Shown: positions 1 to 9,638, counted from the stretch's first letter. The stretch: DNA of 64,000 bases from an uncultured Candidatus Saccharibacteria bacterium (GCA_964407105.1 CAYOUG010000001.1:164273-228272); one strand, 5' to 3'. Notes: generated from the letters alone by a model not told the origin. Made by a program: numbers and translations.

Positions 1-45
1 ACCAATTTTGGAAACATTGATGCTGGTGTAGAGGAGTTACAGTAA
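1..45 (+). CDS. Possible 3' end of an upstream gene (TNFGNIDAGVEELQ*)
   Basis: Open frame from base 1 to TAA at 43-45, followed by hairpin element A1. Confidence 0.3.
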   Translation, partial: TNFGNIDAGVEELQ

Positions 46-65
46 GGTAAGAGCGGTAAGAAAAT

Positions 66-177
66 CAAACAAAAAACATGTCTTTCGTAGGGGGTCTCGA
101 GCGCGACGGCGCGAGAGCTTCAGGATTTTTTAAGCTTCAAAAAATCCGTACCCGTAGAAAGACATGTTTTTTGTTTG
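66..177 (+). repeat. Palindromic element family A, copy 1 (21-bp arms, 70-nt core at 87-156)
   Basis: Arms caaacaaaaaacatgtctttc / gaaagacatgttttttgtttg; core near-identical to the copies at 6121, 19493 and 25394 (rc). Confidence 0.95.
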
Positions 178-186
178 GTTGAAAAG

Positions 187-307
187 AGAAAATACCGAAA
201 ATGCATATTGAAAAATGACTCGCACAGGCACGACGGCGCCGAGCGGAGCAGAAAAACCAGCAGGCTTTTACGCATGCATTTTTCAATATACATTTTCGGT
301 ATTTTCT
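187..307 (-). repeat. Palindromic element family B, copy 1 (31-bp arms)
   Basis: Arms 187-217 / 277-307 match at 30 of 31 positions; rc core gctccgctcggcgccgtcgtgcctgtgcgag matches the cores at 16.8 kb and 61.26 kb. Confidence 0.9.
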
Positions 308-374
308 ATTTTATAAACCTTGCAAAATAGCCACATTTCCCCTACACTAAAAACCTATTTCATTTAAAAAACAT

Positions 375-1475
375 ATGGAAAAGGAAGATACAAAAAAGCA
401 TTATACAAACATAAAAATCTCTAAACTCGACAACTCAGAAATAGAAATTGAGGGAGAAATTCTTGCAGAGTATTTTGATGAACATCACAAAAACGCCCTA
501 AAAAAACTTCTAGCCAACGCAGAGGTGCCGGGTTTTCGAAAAGGCAATGCTCCAGAGAATGTTGTTCTTCAACACTACAGCGACGCCAAATTACTTGAGG
601 GCGCGGCGCAAGACGCACTCGACTCGCAATATTGGAATATTTTATCCGACAATTCCATTAAAGCTCTAGGAGAACCATCCGTAACAATCACCAAACTAGC
701 AAAAGGTAATCCTCTTGGATTTAAAATTAAAACGGCAGTGTTTCCAGAATTTACTTTGCCTGATTATAAAAAAATTGCGAAGAAAATTGCTGAAGAAAAA
801 GAAGAAGCGATAGAAGTCGAACAAAAAGAAGTCGACGAAATTTTAAAACAACTTCAACATTCAAAATTACACGAAAAAGAAGGTCGTGTTGAGCATAACC
901 ATTCATCAGACGATCATTTGGCCGACACAGAGCACAAGCATGATGAAAAGGACTTCCCTCCTCTAGATGACACTTTCGCACAATCTGTTGCTCCAGAATT
1001 TAAAACTCTCGCTGAACTTACAGAAAAAATCCGCGAAAACATGCTCGCTGAAAAAAAATATAAAGCAAAAGAAAAAAAACGTTTAAGTATTCTTGAAGCA
1101 CTTGTAGAAAAAACAGAAATTTCTGTTCCTGAAATTTTACTAGAAAGTGAACTTCAGAAAATGATCGCGCAATTTAAAGATGATGTTGCAAAAGCTGGCC
1201 TTACATACGAAACATACTTAGAACACGCCAAAAAAACTGAAGCGGATATTCGAAAAGAATGGCGAGAAAATGCAATGAAACGAGCAAAAACCCAACTCAT
1301 TTTAGGAAAAATTGGACGTGAAGAAAAAATTGAACTTGATGAAGCTGAAGTTACAAGAGAACTTGAACACATTATGTCTCATCACAAAGATGCAGATCGT
1401 TTTCGCGCACGAATGTTTATTGAAAACATGATGCAAAACGAAAAAGTACTAGAGTTTTTGGAAGGAGTAAAGTAA
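375..1475 (+). CDS. tig: Trigger factor, FKBP domain missing or reduced
   Basis: VPGFRKGNAP ribosome-binding motif and C-terminal chaperone domain; only 366 aa. Confidence 0.92.
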   Translation: MEKEDTKKHYTNIKISKLDNSEIEIEGEILAEYFDEHHKNALKKLLANAEVPGFRKGNAPENVVLQHYSDAKLLEGAAQDALDSQYWNILSDNSIKALGEPSVTITKLAKGNPLGFKIKTAVFPEFTLPDYKKIAKKIAEEKEEAIEVEQKEVDEILKQLQHSKLHEKEGRVEHNHSSDDHLADTEHKHDEKDFPPLDDTFAQSVAPEFKTLAELTEKIRENMLAEKKYKAKEKKRLSILEALVEKTEISVPEILLESELQKMIAQFKDDVAKAGLTYETYLEHAKKTEADIRKEWRENAMKRAKTQLILGKIGREEKIELDEAEVTRELEHIMSHHKDADRFRARMFIENMMQNEKVLEFLEGVK

Positions 1476-1515
1476 GCAATACAAAAACATGCGTTTCTGA
1501 GCATCACCTAAATGA

Positions 1516-1550
1516 AAAGCCCCTAGTCGCGTGTGCGCGGCTAGGGGCTT
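1516..1550. terminator. Hairpin between convergent tig and the hypothetical gene
   Basis: aagcccctagtcgcg tgtg cgcggctaggggctt with an A-run on the left. Confidence 0.7.
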
Positions 1551-1592
1551 GAGACCAAGTGATAGTGCTGTAGTGAAGCTAGAGCACGGAAC

Positions 1593-2297
1593 TCAGTCAG
1601 GATCGACTCGCGAGAGAAGGAATGCGAAGCTGTACAAACCGTGACCCGCTCGATTCCAATTATCCTCTGGCCAGACAACATCAAGTGTCTTTGCAGAATC
1701 TATAAAGCGTCTTTCAGAGACCGTTGGAGAATGATCGGCCTGGCGAATTCCGAGCCGAATCTGATTTTGATCCTCCACCTCGTGCATCATGGTCAGATTC
1801 CAAAGACCCATCTCCCTAACCTGGTTGTCCGTGAAAGCTTCACGAAGGAGGAAACATGCTTCTAAAGGAAGTGGCCGCAGACAACGTCTCGAAGCATCGG
1901 CGACGACCATATCGGTCGTCAAAAGCTGTCTGCTAGATGCAAGCCCACGCCCATCTATGATGGCGACAGTGTACTCCACACCGCTCGTCACTTCAAACTT
2001 GGACGATCGCACTGATTCAGACCACTGACTCCTCATGCCATTCCTCAACTCCATGCCCAGATGACGCTCCCAATCATTTTTCGTCATACCAGTCGAGGTG
2101 AGAGTAGTATAGACAACGTTACCGTTGCGACGCCACCTAACCTCCGGCTTCGTGATACGCCACTCGCTGGAGTTCACCAGCCGAATAGCTTCGTTGGGAT
2201 CTTCTGCGCCCGTCTGCCTCATAATGTTCTTCAACAAAGCATTGAGCTTCATGATCTCTGGGAGAACATTAACAATAACAAGTGGATTCTTTTCCAT
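1593..2297 (-). CDS. Hypothetical protein, GC-richer accessory cassette
   Basis: 234-aa ORF with SD (agaagga), TTGACG-17-TATAAT promoter near 2452-2480 and its own terminator. Confidence 0.75.
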   Translation of the reverse strand: MEKNPLVIVNVLPEIMKLNALLKNIMRQTGAEDPNEAIRLVNSSEWRITKPEVRWRRNGNVVYTTLTSTGMTKNDWERHLGMELRNGMRSQWSESVRSSKFEVTSGVEYTVAIIDGRGLASSRQLLTTDMVVADASRRCLRPLPLEACFLLREAFTDNQVREMGLWNLTMMHEVEDQNQIRLGIRQADHSPTVSERRFIDSAKTLDVVWPEDNWNRAGHGLYSFAFLLSRVDPD

Positions 2298-2366
2298 GTC
2301 TGTCCTTCTGGGCTAAATCGCCCAAAGACTTTTTTCCTCTAATCCGAGGAAGGAGCACAGACCATT

Positions 2367-2480
2367 ATGGTCATAGCCAGTAGGTGCCGATTCATTTCGG
2401 CCTCTTTTGGCTATGACCATCTCGCAATTTCTCAAAGAACGTTATGGAAATATTATACCTTTATTTATATATAACGTCAA
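2367..2480 (-). promoter_or_regulatory. Sigma70 promoter, boxA-like motif and leader hairpin
   Basis: rc: TTGACG-N17-TATAAT, GTTCTTTGAG (2431-2440), 13-bp stem atggtcatagcca/tggctatgaccat (2367-2420). Confidence 0.7.
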
Positions 2481-2508
2481 GTACTTTGTACATCATATTA
2501 CACCCTTG

Positions 2509-3207
2509 TTAAGCCATCAAAAAGAGCGCACTAGACACAACAGCCGCCGTCTCTGCCCGTAAAATATATGTACCCAGCGTGCGAACCTCTGCGCTTCGTG
2601 TAGAAAAAAGTGCAAGTTCTGCATCACTCCACCCACCCTCAGGGCCAACAAAAAGACTCACGCTACCACTACCGTGTTTCTCTGTATCTTGTAGTGAAGT
2701 ACCAGACGGATCAAAAACAAAAACATGCGTTTCTGCGCATAGTGTAAGAGCATCTTCAGGCGACAAAGCCTTATGTATGTAAGGCAACGTTCCCCTTCCA
2801 GACTGTTCGCTTGCCTCAATTACAATTTTTTCTAAACGTTCAACATTTAAATCTTTTTTTTCTGAGCGCTCCGCGAGTATTGGAACAATGTGTGACACGC
2901 CAAGCTCGGTAGCTTTTTGCGCGACCCATTCAAAATTATCTTTTTTAATGAGCGCAACACACAGCCACACTTCGCGCGGTGGCGCTGGCACTTCTTTTGC
3001 ACCATCCACCGTCACCTCCGCTTTTTCTTTAGACAGCATTTCAATGATGCACTCATATTCTTTTCCTGATCCATCAAAAAGCACCACTTTGTTGCCCGCA
3101 CCAAGACGAAAAACTTTTTTCCATTGATGCAGTGTGTCGGGGTTGGTAATAGAAAGAGTAGAACGACTTCCTATTGTTTCATGTATAAAAAATCTATGTA
3201 ATCGCAT
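2509..3207 (-). CDS. rsmE: 16S rRNA m3U1498 methyltransferase
   Basis: KATELGV, EASEQSGR, VGPEGGWS and ILRAETA motifs. Confidence 0.95.
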   Translation of the reverse strand: MRLHRFFIHETIGSRSTLSITNPDTLHQWKKVFRLGAGNKVVLFDGSGKEYECIIEMLSKEKAEVTVDGAKEVPAPPREVWLCVALIKKDNFEWVAQKATELGVSHIVPILAERSEKKDLNVERLEKIVIEASEQSGRGTLPYIHKALSPEDALTLCAETHVFVFDPSGTSLQDTEKHGSGSVSLFVGPEGGWSDAELALFSTRSAEVRTLGTYILRAETAAVVSSALFLMA

Positions 3208-3323
3208 GTCATTAGTGTAGACACGGCTGAGAAAAAAGCAATAGTTTCAGCGCGCAACATACCCGTTGCGTCGCGCGCCTCTTTGATATACTATTATTGA
3301 ACTTTATTATTAACCACAAAAAC

Positions 3324-3893
3324 ATGTTAATCCCAACAGTGATTGAAAAAACAAATTTTGGCGAGCGAGCATATGATATCTACTCTCGCCTACTTAAAGA
3401 GCGCATCATTTTTCTTGGTGGTCCAATTGATGATTACATGGCAAATATTGTGATTGCCCAACTTCTTTTTCTTGAATCAGAAGATCCAAAAAAGGATATT
3501 TCCTTGTATATCAATTCTCCAGGAGGATCTGTGACAGCAACTCTTGCAATGCTTGATACAATGAATCATGTAAAACCAGACGTTTCTACTGTGTGTGTTG
3601 GTATTGCAGCTTCGGGCGCAGCAATTCTTCTTGCTGGTGGAGCAAAAGGAAAACGACTTCTCCTTCCAAACGCTGAGGTGATGATTCATCAGCCGTGGGG
3701 TGGGGTGCAAGGACAAGCGACAGATATTGAAATCACCGCAAAACAAATTCTTAAAACCCGAGCAAAACTTAATAAAATTCTTGCGGACGCAACAGGTCAA
3801 TCACTTACACAAATAGAAAAAGATGTAGAACGTGATTATTTTATGGATGCCTCTGAAGCAAAAAAGTACGGGATTATTGATAAGGTGTTGTAA
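3324..3893 (+). CDS. clpP: ATP-dependent Clp protease proteolytic subunit
   Basis: [26 protein letters not shown] and MIHQP motifs; start refined to MLIPTV. Confidence 0.97.
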   Translation: MLIPTVIEKTNFGERAYDIYSRLLKERIIFLGGPIDDYMANIVIAQLLFLESEDPKKDISLYINSPGGSVTATLAMLDTMNHVKPDVSTVCVGIAASGAAILLAGGAKGKRLLLPNAEVMIHQPWGGVQGQATDIEITAKQILKTRAKLNKILADATGQSLTQIEKDVERDYFMDASEAKKYGIIDKVL

Positions 3894-3910
3894 AGATTAA
3901 AAAATCATAT

Positions 3911-3946
3911 GAAAAAAGCGACCATCAAAAGATGGTCGCTTTTTTC
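3911..3946 (+). terminator. Intrinsic terminator after clpP
   Basis: Perfect 16-bp inverted repeat gaaaaaagcgaccatc-aaaa-gatggtcgcttttttc. Confidence 0.85.
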
Positions 3947-4027
3947 AATACTTTTTACAAACCTCGACAAAATGCCCTTTTTCTTATACTATGAAATTGT
4001 TCATTTTATTTGAAATTTTTTAATTTA

Positions 4028-4174
4028 GATATTGTCGCTTTAAATTTCTTGACCGTATGACTCTAGCCATTATTTCTCTACTTCCCTTCTTTCCGTTACA
4101 CAAGAAAACATAGTCGGATAAGCCTGCTATAGCGAGGCACTTCTATTCGTGCAGGAAGACAAAGCGTCGGTATT
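4028..4174 (+). ncRNA. Candidate structured RNA or leader upstream of rny
   Basis: Closing stem gatattgtcgcttt/aaagcgtcggtatt with G-U pairs on the + strand; inner stem tttcttg/caggaag; promoter-like TCGACA..TACTAT near 3964-3992. Confidence 0.45.
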
Positions 4175-4183
4175 CGCACACAT

Positions 4184-5713
4184 ATGTCAATCAAAACAAT
4201 TCTGCTCTTTGCGGGGTTTATGACAATTTTGGGTGTTGCGTTCGGATATTTTTTACGTCTCATAATTTCTCTAGGTAGAAAAGGTTCCATGGAGCTTGAT
4301 ATCAAGCAAATGGAGCTTAAAAGCAGAGAACAAGCACAAAAAATAATTACTGAGGCAGAGGAAAAAGCCGAACACACCCTAAAAGAAGCCCGTATTGAAG
4401 TAAAAGAAAAAGAAGAAAAACTGAAAAAAGCTGAGGATCGCATCATTAAAAAAGAAGAGTTACTAGACAAACGACAAATAGATATCGATTCAGAAGTAGA
4501 ATATATAAAAAATCGAATTGAGGAAGTAAAATCTATAAAAGAGCGCGCTGATGGATTACTTTTGGAACGTGAACAAAATCTACAAAAAGTAGCTAATTTA
4601 AGCGTGGAAGCAGCAAAAGAAGAAGTTTTTGCGATTGTAGAAAAAAAACACGAGGAAGACATACTTGTACGTATGCAAAAACTTGAAATGCTCGGTGCAG
4701 AAAAGCTCGACCGTCGAGCAAAAGATATTTTAGCTACTTCTATTCAGCGTCTTGCTACGTCGGTGTCTTCTGAAATGCTTACTACTACAGTACAAATCCC
4801 AAGCGATGAAGTAAAAGGAAAAATTATTGGAAAAGAGGGTCGAAATATTAAGGCATTTGAGCGCGCGACCGGCGTAGAAATAATCGTCGACGACACGCCG
4901 GGGGCTATTACCATCTCGTCGTTTGATCCTGTGCGACGACAGGTCGCGCGCGTCGCACTCGAAGCACTCATTGCAGACGGCCGTATTCAGCCTGCAAAAA
5001 TCGAAGAAATGGTTGAGAAATCAAAAAACGATATCAATAAAATTATAAAAGATCAGGGTGAGGCGGCTGCATATGAGTGTGGGGTACTAAATCTAGATCC
5101 ACGCATCATCGCCATCCTTGGACGTCTACATTTTCGTACAAGTTACGGTCAAAATGTGCTTCAGCACTCTATAGAAATGACGCACATAGCAGGAATGCTT
5201 GCTGAAGAACTTGGCGCAAATGTGGCAGTAGCAAAAGCCGGCGCACTTCTTCACGACATCGGCAAAGCGCTCGATCACGAAGTAGCGGGTTCTCATGTAG
5301 AAATCGGACGCAGAATTTTGCAAAAATTTGGTGCTAGTGAAGAAATCGTTAAAGCAATGCAAGCACATCACGAAGAATACCCTTATGAAACAATCGAATC
5401 TATTATCGTACAGGTAGCTGATGCTATTTCAGGTGGTCGTCCGGGTGCACGACGTGACACAGTAGAAAATTATCTCAAACGTCTTGGTGATCTTGAAGCA
5501 ATCGCAACAGGTTTTAAGGGTGTAGAAAAATCATATGCCCTTCAAGCCGGAAGAGAAATTCGTGTGTTTGTTTTTCCTCAACAAGTGACAGAACTTGAAG
5601 CAAAAAATATGGCCCGAGATATCGCTCTAAAAATCGAAAATGATTTAAAATATCCAGGTGAAATTAAAGTAAATATTATTCGCGAATCTCGTTTCATAGA
5701 ATTCGCTAGATAA
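4184..5713 (+). CDS. rny: Ribonuclease Y
   Basis: N-terminal TM and coiled coil, KH domain (KGKIIGKEGRNI), HD domain (LLHDIGK). Confidence 0.97.
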   Translation: MSIKTILLFAGFMTILGVAFGYFLRLIISLGRKGSMELDIKQMELKSREQAQKIITEAEEKAEHTLKEARIEVKEKEEKLKKAEDRIIKKEELLDKRQIDIDSEVEYIKNRIEEVKSIKERADGLLLEREQNLQKVANLSVEAAKEEVFAIVEKKHEEDILVRMQKLEMLGAEKLDRRAKDILATSIQRLATSVSSEMLTTTVQIPSDEVKGKIIGKEGRNIKAFERATGVEIIVDDTPGAITISSFDPVRRQVARVALEALIADGRIQPAKIEEMVEKSKNDINKIIKDQGEAAAYECGVLNLDPRIIAILGRLHFRTSYGQNVLQHSIEMTHIAGMLAEELGANVAVAKAGALLHDIGKALDHEVAGSHVEIGRRILQKFGASEEIVKAMQAHHEEYPYETIESIIVQVADAISGGRPGARRDTVENYLKRLGDLEAIATGFKGVEKSYALQAGREIRVFVFPQQVTELEAKNMARDIALKIENDLKYPGEIKVNIIRESRFIEFAR

Positions 5714-5817
5714 AAACACAAAAACAACTCTGTGTATAGTAGCTTGCGCTAAAAAAGCCTTATTATATAATGACAGAGTAATCAAAAAACGATTATTAAT
5801 AAGCCAATAGCAACACT

Positions 5818-6090
5818 ATGAACAAACAAGCAATTGCAGAAGCAGTGCATGTAAAATTGGGTGGAACAAAAGCTCAAGCAGAAGAATTGGTAGATATGAT
5901 AATTGATTCTATCGTTTCGACACTAAAAAAAGGAGACGAGGTTTCAATTGCTGGTCTTGGTATTTTTTCTACAAAAACACGAGCCGCACGACAAGCTCGA
6001 AATCCTCGCACAGGAGAATCTATTCAGGTTCCTGCGATGCGAGTTCCAAAGTTTCGCGCAGCTAAAGCACTCAAGGACGCGGTGAAATAG
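5818..6090 (+). CDS. hup: DNA-binding protein HU
   Basis: MNKQAI...GLGIF...RNPRTGE...PKFRAAKALKDAV. Confidence 0.95.
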   Translation: MNKQAIAEAVHVKLGGTKAQAEELVDMIIDSIVSTLKKGDEVSIAGLGIFSTKTRAARQARNPRTGESIQVPAMRVPKFRAAKALKDAVK

Positions 6091-6096
6091 TGTTTC

Positions 6097-6215
6097 GAGT
6101 CTAAAAAGAAAACAGCTTTCGTAGGGGGTCTCGAGCGCGACGGCGCGAGAGCTTCAGGAATTTTTAAGCTTCAAAAATTCCGTACCCGTAGAAAGCTGTT
6201 TTCTTTTTTAGACTC
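6097..6215 (+). repeat. Palindromic element family A, copy 2
   Basis: Arms gagtctaaaaagaaaacagctttc / gaaagctgttttcttttttagactc; core at 6121-6190. Confidence 0.95.
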
Positions 6216-6236
6216 TATTACTTTATACTAATCAAC

Positions 6237-6278
6237 AAAAAACGGCCTCCTCGCTAACCCGCTCGAAGGCTGTTTTTT
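6237..6278 (+). repeat. Palindromic element family C, copy 1
   Basis: Arms aaaaaacggcct/aggctgtttttt around tcgctaacccgctcga, a motif shared with the 53.1 kb copy. Confidence 0.7.
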
Positions 6279-6344
6279 TATTGTTTTTTAATTGCTTTTA
6301 TTATTTAAATCATTAGTATAATCCTAGAGAAAGGAGTGTTTGCA

Positions 6345-6620
6345 ATGCCAAAAAACACTCAAGACACTGGCGTGAAATGTGTTATTCCAAATTGTGGTGG
6401 ATTTATTGTTGCAGAAATCGAACAAATAAAAACCGTGCCACTTGACCAAATACCATTTGGATCAAGTGGAATGAACTGCTTTGAAGTTGTAATTCACTTT
6501 CACTGCAGCAACCCACATTGCCAAGTAGCGTACCACTGCCCACCAGGAAAAGAAACACACGACAAAGATTGGTGGACTAAAGAAATAATGAAAAGGAGAC
6601 GAACACAAAACTTAGACTAG
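6345..6620 (+). CDS. Small Cys-rich hypothetical protein (possible Zn ribbon)
   Basis: CVIPNC...CSNPHC; SD AAGGAG and TATAAT upstream; terminator at 6650-6677. Confidence 0.65.
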   Translation: MPKNTQDTGVKCVIPNCGGFIVAEIEQIKTVPLDQIPFGSSGMNCFEVVIHFHCSNPHCQVAYHCPPGKETHDKDWWTKEIMKRRRTQNLD

Positions 6621-6698
6621 TGTTTTGTAAGTCATTGCAAAACACAATCCCCGCCCCGTAATAGGGGTGGTTTTTTATTCTAAAAAAACCACCCCACC

Positions 6699-7403
6699 CT
6701 ACTCACTAAAAAATCCTGTTCCAATATTTTTTACAACAACAGAAGATGGTAAATCACCAGACTGATCAAGACGAAGTGTAAAAATATATGTACCCGGCTG
6801 AACAATATCAAACCCCATTATTTGTTTTTTAGATTCTGTTCCATAAAAACGTTCGTCCATATAACCCAAATCTTTTCCATCAAGAAATGCCGTAAATATT
6901 CCCTGCGCAACACTGTCACTCGTAAAATCCAAATCAAAATATAAATAATTGGAAGGTTTTGTGGTTGTTACGGCAAAAGAAACCCAGTTTGATCGTGCTT
7001 GAGAGGTAGATTTTATTGCAACAACACTACCAGACTGAACGGTTGCAAAAGAAAGATTATTTGATGTGTACTGAGAATTAAAAACATCCACCAATGGACC
7101 ATCAACCATTGTTTGTTGAATAGCTACAGCGGTAGCCTGAGTTTGATTTGAAACTGTAGCGGCAACATTTTTGGCAGAAGCAACGGCATTTGCTAGTGGA
7201 ATATTTTCATTTTGAGGTTTTTTTGTATTTAAATCATCCCAGCTAAGCTCATTTTTGTATGCCACAAATTCTTTACGCAAAAACAAAGATTTTATAAAAC
7301 TAATTAGTGTTTTGTCATTAATATAATTCCACCACGCTGCATGTGTTACGAGTGGAATAAAAAAAAGGCCACTCAATAAAATATAAAAAGTTATTTTCTT
7401 CAC
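6699..7403 (-). CDS. Secreted hypothetical protein with a beta-rich C-terminal domain
   Basis: GTG start 6 nt after TATAAT; signal peptide ending VTHA; the longer ORF call runs through the tRNA. Confidence 0.65.
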   Translation of the reverse strand: MKKITFYILLSGLFFIPLVTHAAWWNYINDKTLISFIKSLFLRKEFVAYKNELSWDDLNTKKPQNENIPLANAVASAKNVAATVSNQTQATAVAIQQTMVDGPLVDVFNSQYTSNNLSFATVQSGSVVAIKSTSQARSNWVSFAVTTTKPSNYLYFDLDFTSDSVAQGIFTAFLDGKDLGYMDERFYGTESKKQIMGFDIVQPGTYIFTLRLDQSGDLPSSVVVKNIGTGFFSE

Positions 7404-7450
7404 AAATATATTATAGCGTAAACAAAACCAACCAGCGAGAAATATTTCTG

Positions 7451-7521
7451 TGCGGGATGGGAGAATCGAACTCCCAACCTCGGTTTGGAAAACCGATATT
7501 ATACCATTTAACCAATCCCGC
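7451..7521 (-). tRNA. tRNA-Gly(TCC)
   Basis: Cloverleaf; anticodon arm tcggt-TTTCCAA-accga; GTTCGATTC T-loop; no encoded CCA. Confidence 0.95.
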
Positions 7522-7606
7522 TTGAGCGCCCGAGCACTATGTATTTCAAACGATCTCCAAACGAACAAGGGTTATACTAGCAAAAAAGTATATGCTAATC
7601 AATCTT

Positions 7607-7921
7607 TTACTGGTCGACTTTTTTCGTCTTCGCTATTTTAATAATCTCATCGAAATTATCTCTTGATGAAACCTTGTTTCTTTTGATCGCACCACATTTT
7701 TCACAAACAAAAACCAAATCATACTTCCCGACTATTCCCTCCACACCCACAGGCTTCATCATTCCCCCACAACCCGCTTCCCTGTCGCCAGGATGAATGT
7801 CCACATGCTTGCTCCACAAACATGTGGCGCAATGATTTGTAAAACCATTGCCGGCGTTTTCCGCATTACAGTGTTCGCATGTAAAATCTTCTTTACGTTT
7901 TTTAAATACTTCTGAGCTCAT
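7607..7921 (-). CDS. RNHCP-domain protein
   Basis: FTCEHC...TNHCATCLWSKHVD..PGDR...CGG.M.P...CEKCG pattern. Confidence 0.85.
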   Translation of the reverse strand: MSSEVFKKRKEDFTCEHCNAENAGNGFTNHCATCLWSKHVDIHPGDREAGCGGMMKPVGVEGIVGKYDLVFVCEKCGAIKRNKVSSRDNFDEIIKIAKTKKVDQ

Positions 7922-7924
7922 ATG

Positions 7925-8548
7925 TTATCTCGGAGTTAAATTATACGTCCCTATCTGTACAGCAAACACAAGAAAAAGAAATACTACTGAAACATCGGTA
8001 AAAGACCACCACACTGCGCTTGTAGCCATTACACCAGCAAGATGAATATATTTCCACGGACATTTCATATGCAAAAGCACTGGAATAGTTTTCATTCCCT
8101 CTTCCCCGTCTTTTTTCACATCCCGCAGATCTCCAAGAAAATTTCTAATTAATGTAAGAGAAAACGCAAACAAAGAAAGCGGATTCAAATAACCAACAAT
8201 TCCAGCTGAAAGCACAAAATTTTGAGCTCCACGAAGAAAAGGACTAGCTACACCCCAATATGAATGTTTTTTCTTTGTATAAAGATAAGCCAAGAAAATA
8301 AAAAGAATTCCTTCTGTTTTTTTAAAGAGAAGCAAACCAGCCAAAAACAATACGTAATCAAGATATTTTGGTAATTTTGTCCTATAAGAATGCTTGTGTC
8401 CCAACTCCAAATGCGCCAAAAAACCAATCCATAAAAACAAAACACCCAAACCTTGAGCAAAAGTGGCTTGAGTAGCAAGCAAAAGCCACACAAGATCCAC
8501 AAGAGAATAAAGTCTTAATTGGCCTAAATAATTTAGAAAAACCTTCAT
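7925..8548 (-). CDS. Membrane protein, UbiA prenyltransferase-like
   Basis: Multiple TM segments; DLRDVKKDGEEGMKTIPV resembles the second Asp-rich motif of UbiA. Confidence 0.55.
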   Translation of the reverse strand: MKVFLNYLGQLRLYSLVDLVWLLLATQATFAQGLGVLFLWIGFLAHLELGHKHSYRTKLPKYLDYVLFLAGLLLFKKTEGILFIFLAYLYTKKKHSYWGVASPFLRGAQNFVLSAGIVGYLNPLSLFAFSLTLIRNFLGDLRDVKKDGEEGMKTIPVLLHMKCPWKYIHLAGVMATSAVWWSFTDVSVVFLFLVFAVQIGTYNLTPR

Positions 8549-8561
8549 ACCGTTAAAATAT

Positions 8562-8637
8562 TGGTCGGGGCGCCGGGATTCGAACCCGGAGTCACTTGTT
8601 CCCAAAACAAGCATGTTAGCCGTTACACCACGCCCCG
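8562..8637 (-). tRNA. tRNA-Pro(TGG)
   Basis: cggggcg...cttgt-TTTGGGA-acaag...cgccccgaCCA. Confidence 0.95.
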
Positions 8638-8729
8638 AAAATCGTTTTATAAAACAAAATCGCTAAAAACCAATGTAGGTTATACTAGCACACGAATTTA
8701 AAAATCGCTAACAAAAAATAATGAAAATA

Positions 8730-9218
8730 TTATACATTAATATTCTCTATAACAGACACTTTCGCTCGCCTAGTGGAAAAATCTAAAACAACTGTAATTC
8801 CGTCTATCTGAAGGGGTGTTTCATGTGGAACATGAAACTTAAGAAGATAGAGCTGAACTGTTTTTGAGAAACGTTCGAGTTTTCGAAAATGTATGTTTTC
8901 CTCTGCGCGATATGAGTTTTTCTTTGTTTGCTCATCGTCCCCCACCCTTTTTCTTTCACGTGAAACAGTTTTTACTTCAAAAAAGTGTAGGGTTTTGATA
9001 TTTTGACCATCTTTCGTGTGATTTTTTATAGCCATGATATCTATTTCTCCACATTTTTGCCTAAAATTTCTCCCAACAACCTGAAAACCTTGTTTCACAA
9101 GAAACTTACATGCGATTTCCTCTCCCAAGACACCAACCTTTAAATGATCTGGCTTTTTTGTTTCTATATCTGGTTTTTTTGTAATTTTTGCTCTTTTGTC
9201 ACGTTTCATGATTAACAT
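8730..9218 (-). CDS. yraN: YraN/UPF0102 family PD-(D/E)xK nuclease
   Basis: G..GEEIA..FL...G.....RNFR...GEIDI....FFEVKT pattern. Confidence 0.88.
   Translation of the reverse strand: MLIMKRDKRAKITKKPDIETKKPDHLKVGVLGEEIACKFLVKQGFQVVGRNFRQKCGEIDIMAIKNHTKDGQNIKTLHFFEVKTVSRERKRVGDDEQTKKNSYRAEENIHFRKLERFSKTVQLYLLKFHVPHETPLQIDGITVVLDFSTRRAKVSVIENINV
8817..8832. other. parS-like site TGTTTCATGTGGAACA (inside yraN)
   Basis: One mismatch to the canonical variant TGTTTCACGTGGAACA. Confidence 0.75.
8952..8967. other. parS-like site TCTTTCACGTGAAACA (inside yraN)
   Basis: One mismatch to TGTTTCACGTGAAACA. Confidence 0.75.
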
Positions 9219-9234
9219 TGTTTCACGTGAAACA
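9219..9234. other. Perfect parS centromere TGTTTCACGTGAAACA
   Basis: Exact match to the canonical ParB-binding palindrome. Confidence 0.92.
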
Positions 9235-9322
9235 TATTTTGAGGTTATTTAATAAAAAATCCTTAATATAAGCCATATTTCAATGAAAGACAGTTTGTAA
9301 TAGACAGAAAAATACCTGTCTT

Positions 9323-9351
9323 TTATACACATGTCCCCAGAGTTATCCACA
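9323..9351 (+). promoter_or_regulatory. DnaA box pair (TTATACACA, TTATCCACA)
   Basis: Match to the TTATNCACA consensus. Confidence 0.6.
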
Positions 9352-9507
9352 GTTTTAAGGGTTTTTACCCATCAATTGAGACAAAATAAAAGACTTAAAA
9401 CGTCACATCGAAAAAAGCGTCACGCGTATTTAGGACAAAACTAGGACAAAACATTATTTCAATAAAAAAACGTCGCTTAACCACCACACCAACACCGTCT
9501 ATAAAAA

Positions 9508-9581
9508 TGGTGCGGGCAGGGAGAATCGAACTCCCGTCTCGTCCTTGGCAAGGACGTGTTCTACCACTAAACCATGCCCGC
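9508..9581 (-). tRNA. tRNA-Gly(GCC)
   Basis: cgtcc-TTGCCAA-ggacg anticodon arm; encoded CCA. Confidence 0.96.
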
Positions 9582-9638
9582 AATGATGTAATTATAAAGA
9601 AAAGATAAAATATAATCTACCCATGTTAACAAATCTTG

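Noticed and set aside
6336-7450. Genomic island integrated at the tRNA-Gly 3' end
   Set aside because: No duplicated tRNA 3' fragment or integrase bounds the two hypothetical genes
7404-9583. ORF extensions and small ORFs over tRNAs (7404-7568, 7450-7641, 8549-8614, 9395-9583)
   Set aside because: These are translations of tRNA genes
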